Origin: Candidatus Obscuribacterales bacterium
Lineage (GTDB): Bacteria > Cyanobacteriota > Vampirovibrionia > Obscuribacterales > Obscuribacteraceae
Assembly (NCBI GenBank): GCA_965228855.1
Contig: CBDDIJ010000005.1
Coordinates: 1-64,000, forward strand
Direction: 5' to 3'
DNA length: 64,000 nt
Position numbers and translations under genes: made by a program. The notes under the pieces were generated by a model that was not told the origin of the DNA, did not search any database, and worked only from the letters and a program-made list of their open reading frames with translations. This document shows positions 38,943 through 48,128 of the stretch, one piece after another (positions within the stretch are counted from its first letter, which is position 1; each line of letters opens with the position of its first letter).

Positions 38943-40859
38943 GTGATTCAATGCCCAATTTGCCAGGTCCTGAACGAAGACGCAGCCTTATTCTGTGCCG
39001 AATGCGGACAACGCTTCAATCAGGCTCCGACGAGTGCGCCGCCGCAGCAGCCGGCTGCGCAGCCATATCAGCCACCTCTGCAGGCATCGAATCAACCACC
39101 ACTGCAAACTCCGCATCAGCCGCCCTCGCAACTCGACACATTGCCGCCGGACCAACCGCCGAAACCTTCTAAGCCCAAACTCAGATCGCCAATGCTTGGC
39201 GCAGTGGAAGAGGAAGACGGTTATGAAAAGCCACAGATGAGCAAGCTCAGAGGAACGAGTTCTGCTCGGCAAGAAGGTTCCACCACAGGGAAAAAACATT
39301 TGCGCTCGCCGCTGCTTGGCGGTGACGATGACGACGACTCCTACGATGATGACCAGGAATCAAGCCGCTCCAGCCGCGGAAAAGGCAAGAAAAGTTCTGA
39401 ATCGCAAGAATCGACCGCAGCCAGGAAGAAGCGACTGCGCTCGCCCCTCTTGGGCGAGGATGATGACGACGACGGCGACAATGACGAGGATTTCGCGCCT
39501 GAGCCAGGTACGAAAAAACATCTACACTCTCCGCTCCTCGGCGACAGCGGTCCGTCACGCGGTGGCGGAAAGAGCGCAAAGAAAGGACCGTTGCGCTCGC
39601 CGCTCCTGAGCGGTGACGACGATTTTGACGAGGACGAGCCACCACGTTCTTCCAAGAAGGGCCTGCGCTCACCGATGCTCGGAGGCGAAAGCGATCCGGG
39701 AGAGCATCACGGAGCAGGAAGGCACCACAAAGGTGGCTTGCATTCGCCACTGCTCGGCGATGCGGATGATTATGATGACGACGAACCTTCTCCACGTCGA
39801 GCACCTATGGGTGGTGCCACCACCGGTGGCAAGCCGAAGCTGCGTTCAAGCCTGCTTGGCGGCGGCGGCGGATACGATGACGACGACTATGATGACGATT
39901 GGGATGACGAAGATGACGACAACCCTGACGTTTTACGCTCTCCGTTGTTAGCAGCGAAGAAGAAAAAACGGCCCAAGCCGGAAGCACCACATGCGGAGGC
40001 AGCGCCAGGACCGGCAGCGCACATGCAAGCTGCACCACCGCAACCAGCGCCACCCGCCTTTCCAGGACAACCGTCGGCACCTTTCCCTGGTCCAGCTGAA
40101 CCACAGCCGCCCTGGCAAAACACAGGAGCTCCACCGATTCCCGGAGCCGCTCCGCAGGGATGGCCGGGCGGAACTCAACCTCAACCTGGCCAACCGTGGC
40201 CTCCACAAGGTCAGCAACCCGCTCATAACCCGCCACTGCCGGCAGGGTCAGTTCCTGGAACGCCACCATGGCAAAATCGCATGGACGGTGGTCCTGCGTC
40301 AGCTCCAGCGTTAGACATGGCAAGAGCAGCAGAAGTGCCGGCTATCGTAGACGACAACGACGAATTTCGATTGGATATATCCGCGCCAAGTCTACCGCAG
40401 GCAAACTTTCCGCCGAGCGAATCCTTATCATCGCCACCACGGCCGGTTCCGCACCAAGAAGCATCACGTCCCGAACCTCCTAAAAGAGGTAGGAGCGAAG
40501 ATGACGACGAAGATGATCTGAACGGTCCTAAAGACAGACGGGTGCGCGTTGAGCGCAGAAAAATGCCGGATCGCAGGTTCTCATCCTTATTAGACGAGAA
40601 AGGGTCATCCGGCGGAGCGCCGAATTACGATGACGACTATTCGGTTGGTAGACCTCAGGGGCCAGCAGCGAACGCAGGAATGGCCAAGATGATGCTCGGT
40701 CTGGGCGCACTGGCGATGGGCTTCAAAATCTATCAGTTTATGGAAGTGTCCAAGAGCTGGGATCTTTCTAAGTTACCGATGTTTGTCGCCGAACAATTCT
40801 TTAGCGGCCTTGCCATTGTTGGTCTGATAGTTTTGGCGCTAAGTTGTATGAAGAAATAG
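38943..40859 (+). CDS. Zn-ribbon protein with 9 L[RH]S[PS][LM]L repeats, Pro-rich region and 2 C-terminal TM helices
   Basis: CPIC...FCAECG at the N-terminus; motif copies counted in the translation; GTG start. Confidence 0.88.
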   Translation: MIQCPICQVLNEDAALFCAECGQRFNQAPTSAPPQQPAAQPYQPPLQASNQPPLQTPHQPPSQLDTLPPDQPPKPSKPKLRSPMLGAVEEEDGYEKPQMSKLRGTSSARQEGSTTGKKHLRSPLLGGDDDDDSYDDDQESSRSSRGKGKKSSESQESTAARKKRLRSPLLGEDDDDDGDNDEDFAPEPGTKKHLHSPLLGDSGPSRGGGKSAKKGPLRSPLLSGDDDFDEDEPPRSSKKGLRSPMLGGESDPGEHHGAGRHHKGGLHSPLLGDADDYDDDEPSPRRAPMGGATTGGKPKLRSSLLGGGGGYDDDDYDDDWDDEDDDNPDVLRSPLLAAKKKKRPKPEAPHAEAAPGPAAHMQAAPPQPAPPAFPGQPSAPFPGPAEPQPPWQNTGAPPIPGAAPQGWPGGTQPQPGQPWPPQGQQPAHNPPLPAGSVPGTPPWQNRMDGGPASAPALDMARAAEVPAIVDDNDEFRLDISAPSLPQANFPPSESLSSPPRPVPHQEASRPEPPKRGRSEDDDEDDLNGPKDRRVRVERRKMPDRRFSSLLDEKGSSGGAPNYDDDYSVGRPQGPAANAGMAKMMLGLGALAMGFKIYQFMEVSKSWDLSKLPMFVAEQFFSGLAIVGLIVLALSCMKK

Positions 40860-41058
40860 GTAAGCAGTTTTTAACCCAGAGACTGCTCGCTTGCCTTCAG
40901 GCCTTACCAGCTTGGCAAAACATAACATTCCAAGAGATACCAGCGTGGTATAGTTGGCTCGTTCTCAGGAACCTTTCTAGCATTCGTTGAATCTTCAGAT
41001 CCCGAGTCGTACATCGTCACTCAATTTGAAGTTTTCATCATCTGTACAGGTAGATCTA

Positions 41059-42468
41059 ATGGGTAAACCATATACATCGGTCCGTCGCGCTCTGCTCCTC
41101 AGCCTCGGCGTCTCTATACTCACGAGTTCGAGTTTTGTCCCCGCGGCTAACGCATTCTCCGTTCTAGGAAAGAAATCCTCCTCGTCCTTCGATCTGCCCT
41201 GCGCGGAGAAGCTGGATGGTGATACCGCGGATAGTGCAGCATCTATTGACGCCAACAGCCCCGACCTGGCACCGATGAAGCTGTCAGATCCAAAAACTGA
41301 AGCTAAGACGAGCACTACTGATGGTGCTCCATCTACCACGGAAACGACTTCAGAGGGAACGTTAAACGCGAGCGTCACGACCAACACCTACATGCCGAAA
41401 GGACCGCTTGAGGGTGACAATGCTGGACTGCTATCACCGACGAGTCTGAAAGGCGCAAAAACCAAAGATATTTCAGACCTTGGAAGCGGCACCTTGAGCG
41501 AACAAGCGAGAGCAGTTAATCTGGCACCTCTTCCTTTGATGGATTCGGCAGATGTTAGCGCGCAAAAAGCCAACGATGAAGCCGAAATCGAAAGAGAGCA
41601 GCTAACCGGTCTATGGGAAGCGGCACTGCAGAAGTCTCCCGAAATCAACTTCGTGCTGGCGAAGCTAATGCCAACTTCCGATCCGGCCAAGGCGACTACA
41701 TTCATGATGCGAATGCTCGCCGTCGCAATGAACGGTGGTATCGCCGCTACTCAGATGATCGCACCTACTCCGGGCATGTACGCAGCCGGAACCGGAGCTT
41801 CGTCAGTACTTGGTCAGCTCATGGGTATGGTCGAAAACAAAAATGCGAAAAAGGCTCGTTTGAACGAAACAGAAAGAATCATGTTGTTCAATATGACCCG
41901 GGCCCAAGCCGACAAACTCGTTAATGAATATCGCAACTATAAAACGCGTCACAAGTCGCTCTACAAAGCCAATGCGGACTTTGAAGAGTTGAAAACACTT
42001 GCGTTGGAAGTTCGCAAAGACGGCGCCAAAGAGCTGGAGACTACGTATACGTTGAAACGCCAACAGCGTGACATCGATGAAATTGGGAACCACCTTTCTT
42101 CTAACCGCAAAGCGCTCTGCGACTTAGCAGGCGAAGAAGCAGTGGCAAAACTCGACGCCAGCATTGATGAAGAATTCAAAAAACTGCATCCGGAACTGAT
42201 TACAGAAACAAGTGAAACCACTGCAGCTCAACCGCACTTCTCTACACCATCATCTCCGGATGTGGTGCCTGTTGCTGAGGGCGTTCCCGCCCCAAAGACT
42301 CAGGGAAACGCGAGTGAGGTAGTCGCCGATTCCAGCGACCAGAAGCAAGCTGAAGAAAAAGTAGCCGAGATGCGGAACTTCAAAGAGCGCCCCGACAAGA
42401 ATGCTCACAAGGTCGCCGAGAAACCATCCAAAGGCAAGGATGACTCCAAGCCTGCGTTTAAACTCTAA
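41059..42468 (+). CDS. Secreted hypothetical helical protein
   Basis: Signal peptide (..PAANA), disordered N-terminus, coiled-coil core; start ATG 41059. Confidence 0.83.
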   Translation: MGKPYTSVRRALLLSLGVSILTSSSFVPAANAFSVLGKKSSSSFDLPCAEKLDGDTADSAASIDANSPDLAPMKLSDPKTEAKTSTTDGAPSTTETTSEGTLNASVTTNTYMPKGPLEGDNAGLLSPTSLKGAKTKDISDLGSGTLSEQARAVNLAPLPLMDSADVSAQKANDEAEIEREQLTGLWEAALQKSPEINFVLAKLMPTSDPAKATTFMMRMLAVAMNGGIAATQMIAPTPGMYAAGTGASSVLGQLMGMVENKNAKKARLNETERIMLFNMTRAQADKLVNEYRNYKTRHKSLYKANADFEELKTLALEVRKDGAKELETTYTLKRQQRDIDEIGNHLSSNRKALCDLAGEEAVAKLDASIDEEFKKLHPELITETSETTAAQPHFSTPSSPDVVPVAEGVPAPKTQGNASEVVADSSDQKQAEEKVAEMRNFKERPDKNAHKVAEKPSKGKDDSKPAFKL

Positions 42469-42495
42469 AACCCAAAGCATCTAAAAGTTGGAGCC

Positions 42496-43521
42496 ATGTC
42501 AACCGAGAAGAAGAAAGATTGGATCGTTTGGCTGATCATCGGCTTGTGCGCGCTTTCTATTCCAGTTGGAATAATGGGGAAGCAGAATAAGCCCAGTACA
42601 GACACGGATTCAGCCACCACCGATAGTGGCTGGGGAATCACATTCAAAGATCGCATCAAAGTGATAAGTTTGAATGGAATGATCAGTGACACCGACGAAA
42701 AAAGCGTCTTCTCTCTCTCCGATTCTTCGATCGCGTCTACAATCAAAAAAATACGAAAAGCCGCTGAGAACAGCAAAGTCAAAGCGGTCTTATTGCGTAT
42801 CAATTCGCCCGGCGGAACGGTGGCCACCTCACAGGAGATCAATCAAGCGGTTACCGCCTTGAAAGCGAAGAAACCTGTGTTCGCCACCATGGGCGATATC
42901 GCTGCCTCAGGTGGATACTATGTCGCCTGCGCCACGGATAAAATCTACGCGAATCCCGGCACGCTTACCGGTTCTATAGGCGTGATTCTGAACGGCATGA
43001 ATTTCAAAGGCTTAGCAGACAAGCTTGGCGTACAGCCGCAAGTGATCAAATCGGGCTTATTTAAAGACATAGCCTCACCCTATCGACCGATGACCGATGA
43101 AGAGAGAAAAATTCTTCAAGGTTTAATCGACGATTCATACGATCAATTCGTCCATGCTGTTGCCGACGGCCGAAAGATGAAGCTAGAGGACGTAAAAAAA
43201 ATAGCAGATGGCCGAATTTATTCCGGCAGGCAAGCTAAAGCTAACGGGCTTGTTGATGCGCTCGGCTCCTACCAGGACGCGCTTCAAGATTTGCAGGCGA
43301 CTTGCAAAAAGAGGTACGGACTGACAGAAGATCTTCCGGTCGAAGACAAATCTTCCAGTTCAATCCTTGAATCATTGTTCGACTCCAGCAGCGCGTCATC
43401 GATGTTCCAACACCTGGGCGGGTCCACTCAGCAAAGCATTGAGGAGACCGTAATCGAGCGAATCATGCCGGTTTCCATGCAAGCGAAATACTACAAACAA
43501 CCGCTCTGGTTGATGGAATAG
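42496..43521 (+). CDS. sppA: Signal peptide peptidase SppA (36K type)
   Basis: RINSPGG, AASGGYYVA, TLTGSIGV, ADGRIYSG. Confidence 0.96.
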   Translation: MSTEKKKDWIVWLIIGLCALSIPVGIMGKQNKPSTDTDSATTDSGWGITFKDRIKVISLNGMISDTDEKSVFSLSDSSIASTIKKIRKAAENSKVKAVLLRINSPGGTVATSQEINQAVTALKAKKPVFATMGDIAASGGYYVACATDKIYANPGTLTGSIGVILNGMNFKGLADKLGVQPQVIKSGLFKDIASPYRPMTDEERKILQGLIDDSYDQFVHAVADGRKMKLEDVKKIADGRIYSGRQAKANGLVDALGSYQDALQDLQATCKKRYGLTEDLPVEDKSSSSILESLFDSSSASSMFQHLGGSTQQSIEETVIERIMPVSMQAKYYKQPLWLME

Positions 43522-43540
43522 ATTCACTTCGGAGTAGAAA

Positions 43541-44167
43541 GTGGACGCCACCACCACCGTCAACGAAAACGTTTCAACACCGTCATGGGCGGACTTGTTT
43601 TTCGGCATTATCACAAACCCGATAAATACGCTGAAAGAGCTCGACGCAATGTACGAAACAGCGCCTGTTTACACGCTTACTCAGCAGGCCTTCAACATCG
43701 TATTTCTTACAGCGTTCTTGCTTGGAATGGCTCGCTTTAACCCTGAGGAAGCGTTTCTCTCGCTATTCGAAATCCTGAGTGTAATTACAAATGAGATGGT
43801 CATCTGGGTGGTCTCGGCAAGTTTGCTGTCACTGCTCTCCACGATTCTTTCAAACGCACGACCGACGAGATGGAAGAAAGCCCTCGTTTTAACCGGATGG
43901 TCGTTCACTCCCATCCTCTTTTTCGCGCCGCTTATGTGTTTCAAAAACGCCCTTGGCGCCTGGGTTTTACCAATTGCCACGATACCAACATGGTGGACTC
44001 TATTTTTGCTTTTCACAAGCTACAAGATTGCTCTCAATGTTAGAGCATCAAAATTGCTGGTTGTTGCACTCATAATGCCGCCGCTTCTTTTCCTGGTCTA
44101 TATGTTCTGGACAGGGCTTTCACTCATGGTGCTTCTGTCGGAGATAATCTCAGCGTTTCAGAACTAA
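43541..44167 (+). CDS. Yip1-like integral membrane protein
   Basis: FFGIITNP..TL start and about 5 TM helices; follows sppA; GGAG RBS before GTG. Confidence 0.75.
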   Translation: MDATTTVNENVSTPSWADLFFGIITNPINTLKELDAMYETAPVYTLTQQAFNIVFLTAFLLGMARFNPEEAFLSLFEILSVITNEMVIWVVSASLLSLLSTILSNARPTRWKKALVLTGWSFTPILFFAPLMCFKNALGAWVLPIATIPTWWTLFLLFTSYKIALNVRASKLLVVALIMPPLLFLVYMFWTGLSLMVLLSEIISAFQN

Positions 44168-44185
44168 TGGCACAGAATTCCTGAG

Positions 44186-45121
44186 ATGAACGAGAACAAG
44201 AGAAGAAAACCAACTGTCATTGCGGTTGTCGGTCCAACCGCCTCCGGAAAGACCTCTCTCTCCATCGAGCTTGCCCTGAAGTATCAGGGAGAGGTGATCG
44301 CTTGCGACTCACGCACTGTATACAAGTATATGGATATTGGAGCCGCAAAACCTACGGTTGAAGAACGCAAAGGAGTGCCGCACCACATGCTGGATGTGGT
44401 GGAACCTGACCGCGTTTACACGGTCGCCGAATTTCAAAAAGCGGGAACGGAAGCAATCCAGAATGTAATTTCCAGAGGCAAACTCCCGGTGGTTACCGGA
44501 GGTACAGGGCTGTATGCTCGAGCGCTCCTGGAGGGGTTGCAGATTCCCGAGGTTGGACCTCAGGATAAACTCAGAGAATCTCTGAAACAGACCGCTGAGA
44601 AAGAGGGCAATGAGGTTTTATTCAACAAGCTCAGAGAACTGGATCCGGTTTCCGCGGAAAAAATCATGCCGAATGATCTGCTTAGAATAATTCGCGCGCT
44701 AGAAGTAACAATGGTGCTCGGAAAGCCATTCTCCGAAGTAACGCGCCGGGTCGAGGTGCCCTACAACGTAATCTGGGTCGGTTTGAACTTCGACGACCGC
44801 ACTGTCTTAAAAGATCGAATCGCTTTGCGAATGAATCAGATGATGGAACAGGGCTTGCTGGATGAGTCGAGGTTTTTGCATGAAAGGTTTGGTCCGACGC
44901 AGCCGATTTTGAACGCGGTCGGATATCGACAAATGTTCAACTATATAGATGGCGTCTGGTCTATGGAAGAAGCAATAGAAGATTGCTTGAAGCACAATTT
45001 TCAGCTCGCGAGAAAACAAATCATGTGGTTCCGCGCGAACCCGGATACCATCTGGCTTGTTGTCGACAAAAGTAAACAACTTTTCGATGACGTTTTTCAC
45101 GAAATAAATCAGCTGATCTAA
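44186..45121 (+). CDS. miaA: tRNA dimethylallyltransferase
   Basis: GPTASGKT, DSRTVYKYMDIG, PHHMLD, GGTGLY, RIIRALEV. Confidence 0.97.
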   Translation: MNENKRRKPTVIAVVGPTASGKTSLSIELALKYQGEVIACDSRTVYKYMDIGAAKPTVEERKGVPHHMLDVVEPDRVYTVAEFQKAGTEAIQNVISRGKLPVVTGGTGLYARALLEGLQIPEVGPQDKLRESLKQTAEKEGNEVLFNKLRELDPVSAEKIMPNDLLRIIRALEVTMVLGKPFSEVTRRVEVPYNVIWVGLNFDDRTVLKDRIALRMNQMMEQGLLDESRFLHERFGPTQPILNAVGYRQMFNYIDGVWSMEEAIEDCLKHNFQLARKQIMWFRANPDTIWLVVDKSKQLFDDVFHEINQLI

Positions 45122-45192
45122 ATCCAAGCAAAAGCGGCTTCTAATCAGCGTTTACGAGGTCGATCTTTTGTTAGAATGATCCATGAATTGTA

Positions 45193-45429
45193 TTGCAAAT
45201 TACGTTTCTGCCGCCTGAATGGGAGAAATTTTGCTCATTAGGGCTAGACGAAACAGAAGTTAGGGATATACTGGTAAAAGTCTTAAGCCTCTTCAGCAGC
45301 GGATCCCTCGAGATCCGTGACAGTAAAGACAATCGGGATTTACCACCAGGTAACTTCAACGAGTTTCTTAAAAGCGGCATCGTAACAAGTTCTGGTAAAC
45401 GGCGAACGGCGGATGAAGAGAGTAACTGA
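45193..45429 (+). CDS. Small hypothetical protein
   Basis: 78-aa ORF (TTG) filling the gap after miaA and overlapping the next start. Confidence 0.55.
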   Translation: MQITFLPPEWEKFCSLGLDETEVRDILVKVLSLFSSGSLEIRDSKDNRDLPPGNFNEFLKSGIVTSSGKRRTADEESN

Positions 45430-45754
45430 TACGGCATCGATTAGAGAAGTGGCACTTCCATTCAGCGACGGACTTTTGTCAGCGCGGCTCTGGAAAGCCG
45501 GAGAAAGAAGCGTAGTGGGCGTTCCCGAACTCGGACTGCATTGCTACGGTGTGTCGGAAAGCGAGGCTGTTTTCCGATTATTCACGACACTCCTGAAGTA
45601 TTATCGTCAATTGAAACAACACGAAGATCGCCTCGGAGAGCGCGGTCTCAATCACCTTGCGCACCTGAAGAATTGGGTCGCAGGTATCGAAAAGCGAATG
45701 ACCTCTTCGCCGATTGAATCAAGGTTGGTTTCACTGCGATCGCGCCTGAGATAG
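45413..45754 (+). CDS. HicB-like fold protein
   Basis: VVGVPELGLHCYGVSESEAVFRL...YY matches the HicB N-terminal pattern (vPel..c...G.t.eEA). Confidence 0.65.
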   Translation: MKRVTDTASIREVALPFSDGLLSARLWKAGERSVVGVPELGLHCYGVSESEAVFRLFTTLLKYYRQLKQHEDRLGERGLNHLAHLKNWVAGIEKRMTSSPIESRLVSLRSRLR

Positions 45755-45854
45755 CGAGCGCCGACAGTTTATACCCTCTTGCAGCGAATCCGTTTCAACC
45801 CTTGGAAGTTTAAGCGTTCGCGGCTGAAACGTCTTCAGTCCTTCTTCTCCTGCC

Positions 45855-47363
45855 TCAGTGGAATTCGACGCGTGACTCCTCGACGAGTCCGCGCTCTTTC
45901 AATATCAGCTGCGTTTTGAGTGCGTGCAGATTCGCTTCCAGTCCCGCCGGATATTGGTGCGGGTTGACCAGTCGTTTGATACCCGGATGGAATCCGTTTA
46001 GCTGATCGAAGACGAAAGCCCTGGTCGCGTCAAAGCCTGGGTAGTCATAGACCAGTTCTCCAGATCGGAAAACAGGCTTGAGCAAATCAACAAAGTCTGT
46101 TTCCGGCTCAATCGCTTTGCGGCGCGTAAAATCCAGGGGGTCAATGATTACGGGTCGGGCTCCGAGTTCGTTGCTCTCATCGTAAATCATGTCTGCGATA
46201 AATCTTTGGGATTCATTTTCCCGATTGAAGTATCGACGCACCTGAAGCAGACCCGGGTTTGAAACCTTGATCGTCTGCTCCGATAGTTTAATCACATGAC
46301 GCCAGGCACGCCCGGGCGAACGAACAGCGGAAAGTTTGTAAACACCTCCAAGGGAGGGCTGGTCGCTTCCGGTAACCAGCTTGGTACCGACCGCCCAGGT
46401 ATCTATTTTCGCGCCCTGGTTAATCAATGATGTGACAATAGACTCGTCCAGATCGTTGCTCGCCATGATGGAAGATTCTGTAAATCCAGCCTCGTCCAGC
46501 ATTTTGCGAGCCTCTACCGATAGGTATGCAAGGTCACCCGAGTCTAAACGAATGCCGAGCATCTTATGACCTTCGGCGCGTAATTTCTTGCCGACTTCGA
46601 TGGCGTGCTGAACTCCGACGAGAGTATCGAAAGTGTCAACAAGAAAAACGCAATTGTTCGGCATCGCTCGTGCGTAGTCGTTAAACGCCTCTTGCTCGCT
46701 CTCATGCGCCATAATCCAGCTATGCGCGTGCGTTCCTTTCACGGGAATACCAAAAAGTTTCCCTGCAAGAACATTCGAGGTGCCGTCACAGCCGCCGAGA
46801 TACGCAGCAAGACTGGCTGTGACACCACCATTCATTCCTTGTGCGCGACGCAAACCGAATTCATAAACCTTCTGACCTCTGGTCGCCAACTTGATGCGCG
46901 TCGCCTTGGTGGCTATCAGAGTCGGAAAGCAAACGAGGTTTAGAAGCGCAGTCTCCAGAATTTGGGCTGGAATAATCGGACCGACAACGCGCATGAGCGG
47001 CTCATGAGCGAAAACCACCGTGCCATCAGCGACAGAGTGGAGGTCAACATTGAAATCCATTTCGCCGAGGTATTTGATGAACTCGGCTTCGAACAAAGGT
47101 GTTCCGTCATGAGCCTTCAAGGACGCCAGGTAGGCAAGGTCGTCATCATAGAATTTCAAGCCTTTGACATAGTCGATGACCTGATTCAAACCGCAAAATG
47201 TCGCGAATCCACCATGGTAAGGATTGCGACGGAAGAATAATGTGAAGGCTGCTTCTCTATCCGCATACCCGCACTTCCAATAGGCGTAGGCCATCGTCAG
47301 TTGATAAAGGTCAGTCAGCAAAACGGGGGCTTGCCAGTTTGTAGTGTCCGTGGGCAATACCAT
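45855..47363 (-). CDS. pncB: Nicotinate phosphoribosyltransferase
   Basis: LLTDLYQLTM, EFGLRRAQG, GTHAHSW, LVDTFD, GIRLDSGDL; start ATG 47363. Confidence 0.97.
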   Translation of the reverse strand: MVLPTDTTNWQAPVLLTDLYQLTMAYAYWKCGYADREAAFTLFFRRNPYHGGFATFCGLNQVIDYVKGLKFYDDDLAYLASLKAHDGTPLFEAEFIKYLGEMDFNVDLHSVADGTVVFAHEPLMRVVGPIIPAQILETALLNLVCFPTLIATKATRIKLATRGQKVYEFGLRRAQGMNGGVTASLAAYLGGCDGTSNVLAGKLFGIPVKGTHAHSWIMAHESEQEAFNDYARAMPNNCVFLVDTFDTLVGVQHAIEVGKKLRAEGHKMLGIRLDSGDLAYLSVEARKMLDEAGFTESSIMASNDLDESIVTSLINQGAKIDTWAVGTKLVTGSDQPSLGGVYKLSAVRSPGRAWRHVIKLSEQTIKVSNPGLLQVRRYFNRENESQRFIADMIYDESNELGARPVIIDPLDFTRRKAIEPETDFVDLLKPVFRSGELVYDYPGFDATRAFVFDQLNGFHPGIKRLVNPHQYPAGLEANLHALKTQLILKERGLVEESRVEFH

Positions 47364-47402
47364 ACGATTGAAGCCTCCCTGAAAATGCGTGATAAATGTA
47401 GC

Positions 47403-47990
47403 ATGCGAAAGACCGTTCTTTCTGTTATCGCGCTTGTTGTTTTTGTGTCTGCGCAAAACTGCTTTTGTCTGCAATCGGCCACAGGTGAGCCTATTGAAAG
47501 CAAGCCTGCAGCCGGTCTCGAGACTGGTGATTATTCTTATTCCGATTCGCCAGCGCCACCCGACGAAGACAAACCCGACAGCGACGAAGTTGAGACCAGT
47601 GGGTCAGATGAGCAGAACGATGACGCTCGCATGCAGCAAAATTCTCTCGACTCTATGACGGACCTGCCCGCGCAAACAGAAGTCCATAAGCCGATCTACA
47701 AGTACGTGGGTAATTCTTTCTCTTTCAAATTTCATCGTCCGTCCTGCCCATTCGCAAAAGCAATGTGGCGCGGGCACGTCGTAAAATTTCAGTATCGCAA
47801 ACAGGCAATCGACGCCGGGCAGAAACCTTGTCGTTACTGCCTCCCGCCATACTGGAAGTCAGTAGGAGCTAAAATTCTCAAGACGTCTCCTGAAAGCCAG
47901 AAAGGTTTATCAACAGTTGAAAACGTGCAAAATTTGCCAACCGTAAATGCACCCAAAAAAGATGTTAAATCGACCGCCGGCAAAGATTAG
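47403..47990 (+). CDS. Secreted protein with Ada-type metal-binding domain
   Basis: YVGNS..KFHRPSC...AIDAGQKPCRYC; signal peptide. Confidence 0.82.
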   Translation: MRKTVLSVIALVVFVSAQNCFCLQSATGEPIESKPAAGLETGDYSYSDSPAPPDEDKPDSDEVETSGSDEQNDDARMQQNSLDSMTDLPAQTEVHKPIYKYVGNSFSFKFHRPSCPFAKAMWRGHVVKFQYRKQAIDAGQKPCRYCLPPYWKSVGAKILKTSPESQKGLSTVENVQNLPTVNAPKKDVKSTAGKD

Positions 47991-48128
47991 ACGGGCATTC
48001 TAGAAGGAAAGAAGTTATCAATGGTTTCAGCCACCTGCAGCGCATAAAAGCCAGCAGGTAAAAGCTGTAGATAGATAATACAAAAGAATGGTATAACGAC
48101 TCCAGGGTGTTTTTAGGGCGTTCTAAGC

